A model generated the notes under the pieces. That model saw nothing but the letters and a program-made list of their open reading frames with translations, did no database searches and was not told where the DNA came from. DNA of 64,000 nt from NCBI GenBank assembly GCA_002633005.1, contig NMRA01000024.1, positions 1,553,855 to 1,617,854 of the forward strand, given 5' to 3'. The position numbers were made by a program, and so were the translations under genes. This document shows, piece after piece, positions 63,031 through 64,000 of this stretch; the first letter of the stretch is position 1, and every line of letters starts with the position of its first letter. Source of the stretch: Phoronis australis (Eukaryota; Animalia; Phoronida).

Positions 63031-63950
63031 TTGATAATAAAAGCGAAATATGGATAACATTCGCCTAGTAATATCGAAGTATTTATGATGACGTGTTTCC
63101 TTAGATTTTTTTGTAATTCTGTTCAACCTTGTGCATTTTATTTAGGCGGCAGAGTCGCTGATTATGCCACTTTTTAAAGATATTTTTCTCGCTTTAGTTT
63201 AGTTAAAAACTTAATAATAAAATGGATTTTAATATAAGTTTGTTCTTTTGAAAATTAAGCCCAAAAATGTTCATTTCACAAAACTCCAAGAATTTACAAA
63301 CATTTTTAATATAATACGAATTTTTTGTTTGATTTCAATTTTAATTTTATTTTTGATGGTGCACCACCATCTAAAATGGCCGGCGAAATGAGTAACGCCT
63401 TTCATCAACTCTACTATACGTGGGTCTAAGACCACGGTTCGGGCCTTTGGTTTGATGGCCATTTTGTGGACTAACTGGGAAGTGTTTACCAAGAATGGTA
63501 TTCAGTAATTCCTTGAAGTTGTTTTCAGTAAACTAAGTACAGAAAGTTGGCCTCTGCCCGTATGTATCCTGGTACATAGTAAGTCCCGCCATTTTTAGAG
63601 CACATCCTTGCTCAGTGTTGAATTTAGGATTGACTTCACTGTTTCCGGTCCTTAAGAGATTGTTTGGGACGAGTACTACCTAAAGTCCTGTGGTCTAGGA
63701 AAAGCTCATTTGGATGCTCAACCAGAAAGCGGAATTTAGCTTGAATTTGCCCTCAGTTACACAGGTGTCAAATTGTCAATCGTCAACCATTAACCACAGC
63801 ACGGATGTAGGCTAAAGAAAGCTGAGGTGTGTGTAGTACAATCTACTTTGTGCAAGTTTGGTGAGATAACGCTAGTGAACGGCTAGTATATCGCTGGAGT
63901 GCTAGCCACATTACTCATCATATCGCACACTAGGAAGATGACTTCCACTA

Positions 63951-64000
63951 CATAGGCGGATTTAGGGGGGGGGGGCCCAGGGGGCCCGGGCCCCCCCCCC
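63951..64000. mobile_element. Start of a GC-rich TIR element (AGGCGGATTTAGGGGG...), cut by the window edge
   Basis: Resembles, from recall, the terminus of common invertebrate MITEs; the other end is outside the window. Confidence 0.4.

Overview
AT-rich animal (invertebrate-like) genomic scaffold, not prokaryotic. About 41 kb is the 5' part of one minus-strand, intron-rich gene for an unconventional class XV myosin (MYO15A/Sisyphus-like). I traced 27 phase-compatible coding exons by hand from an ATG at 41478 down to 860 (4485 nt, about 1495 aa). They encode the motor, 3 IQ motifs, an ER/K helix, the first MyTH4 domain, a FERM-like start and a low-complexity tail; the gene continues past position 1. 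One intron uses a GC donor. One 59-nt exon appears twice across a single-N join, most likely an allelic assembly overlap. Several candidate alternative first exons lie upstream, and one lies inside the tail. Introns and the upstream region hold Helentron-type non-autonomous elements, several MITE families and minisatellites. The right end has a 5'-truncated RTE-clade LINE and a Penelope-like remnant: a GIY-YIG fragment between inverted 52-bp repeats that each carry a minimal hammerhead-ribozyme core. I found no convincing wholly new biological system; the findings are graded leads. All family assignments rest on recognised motifs and recall, not database searches.
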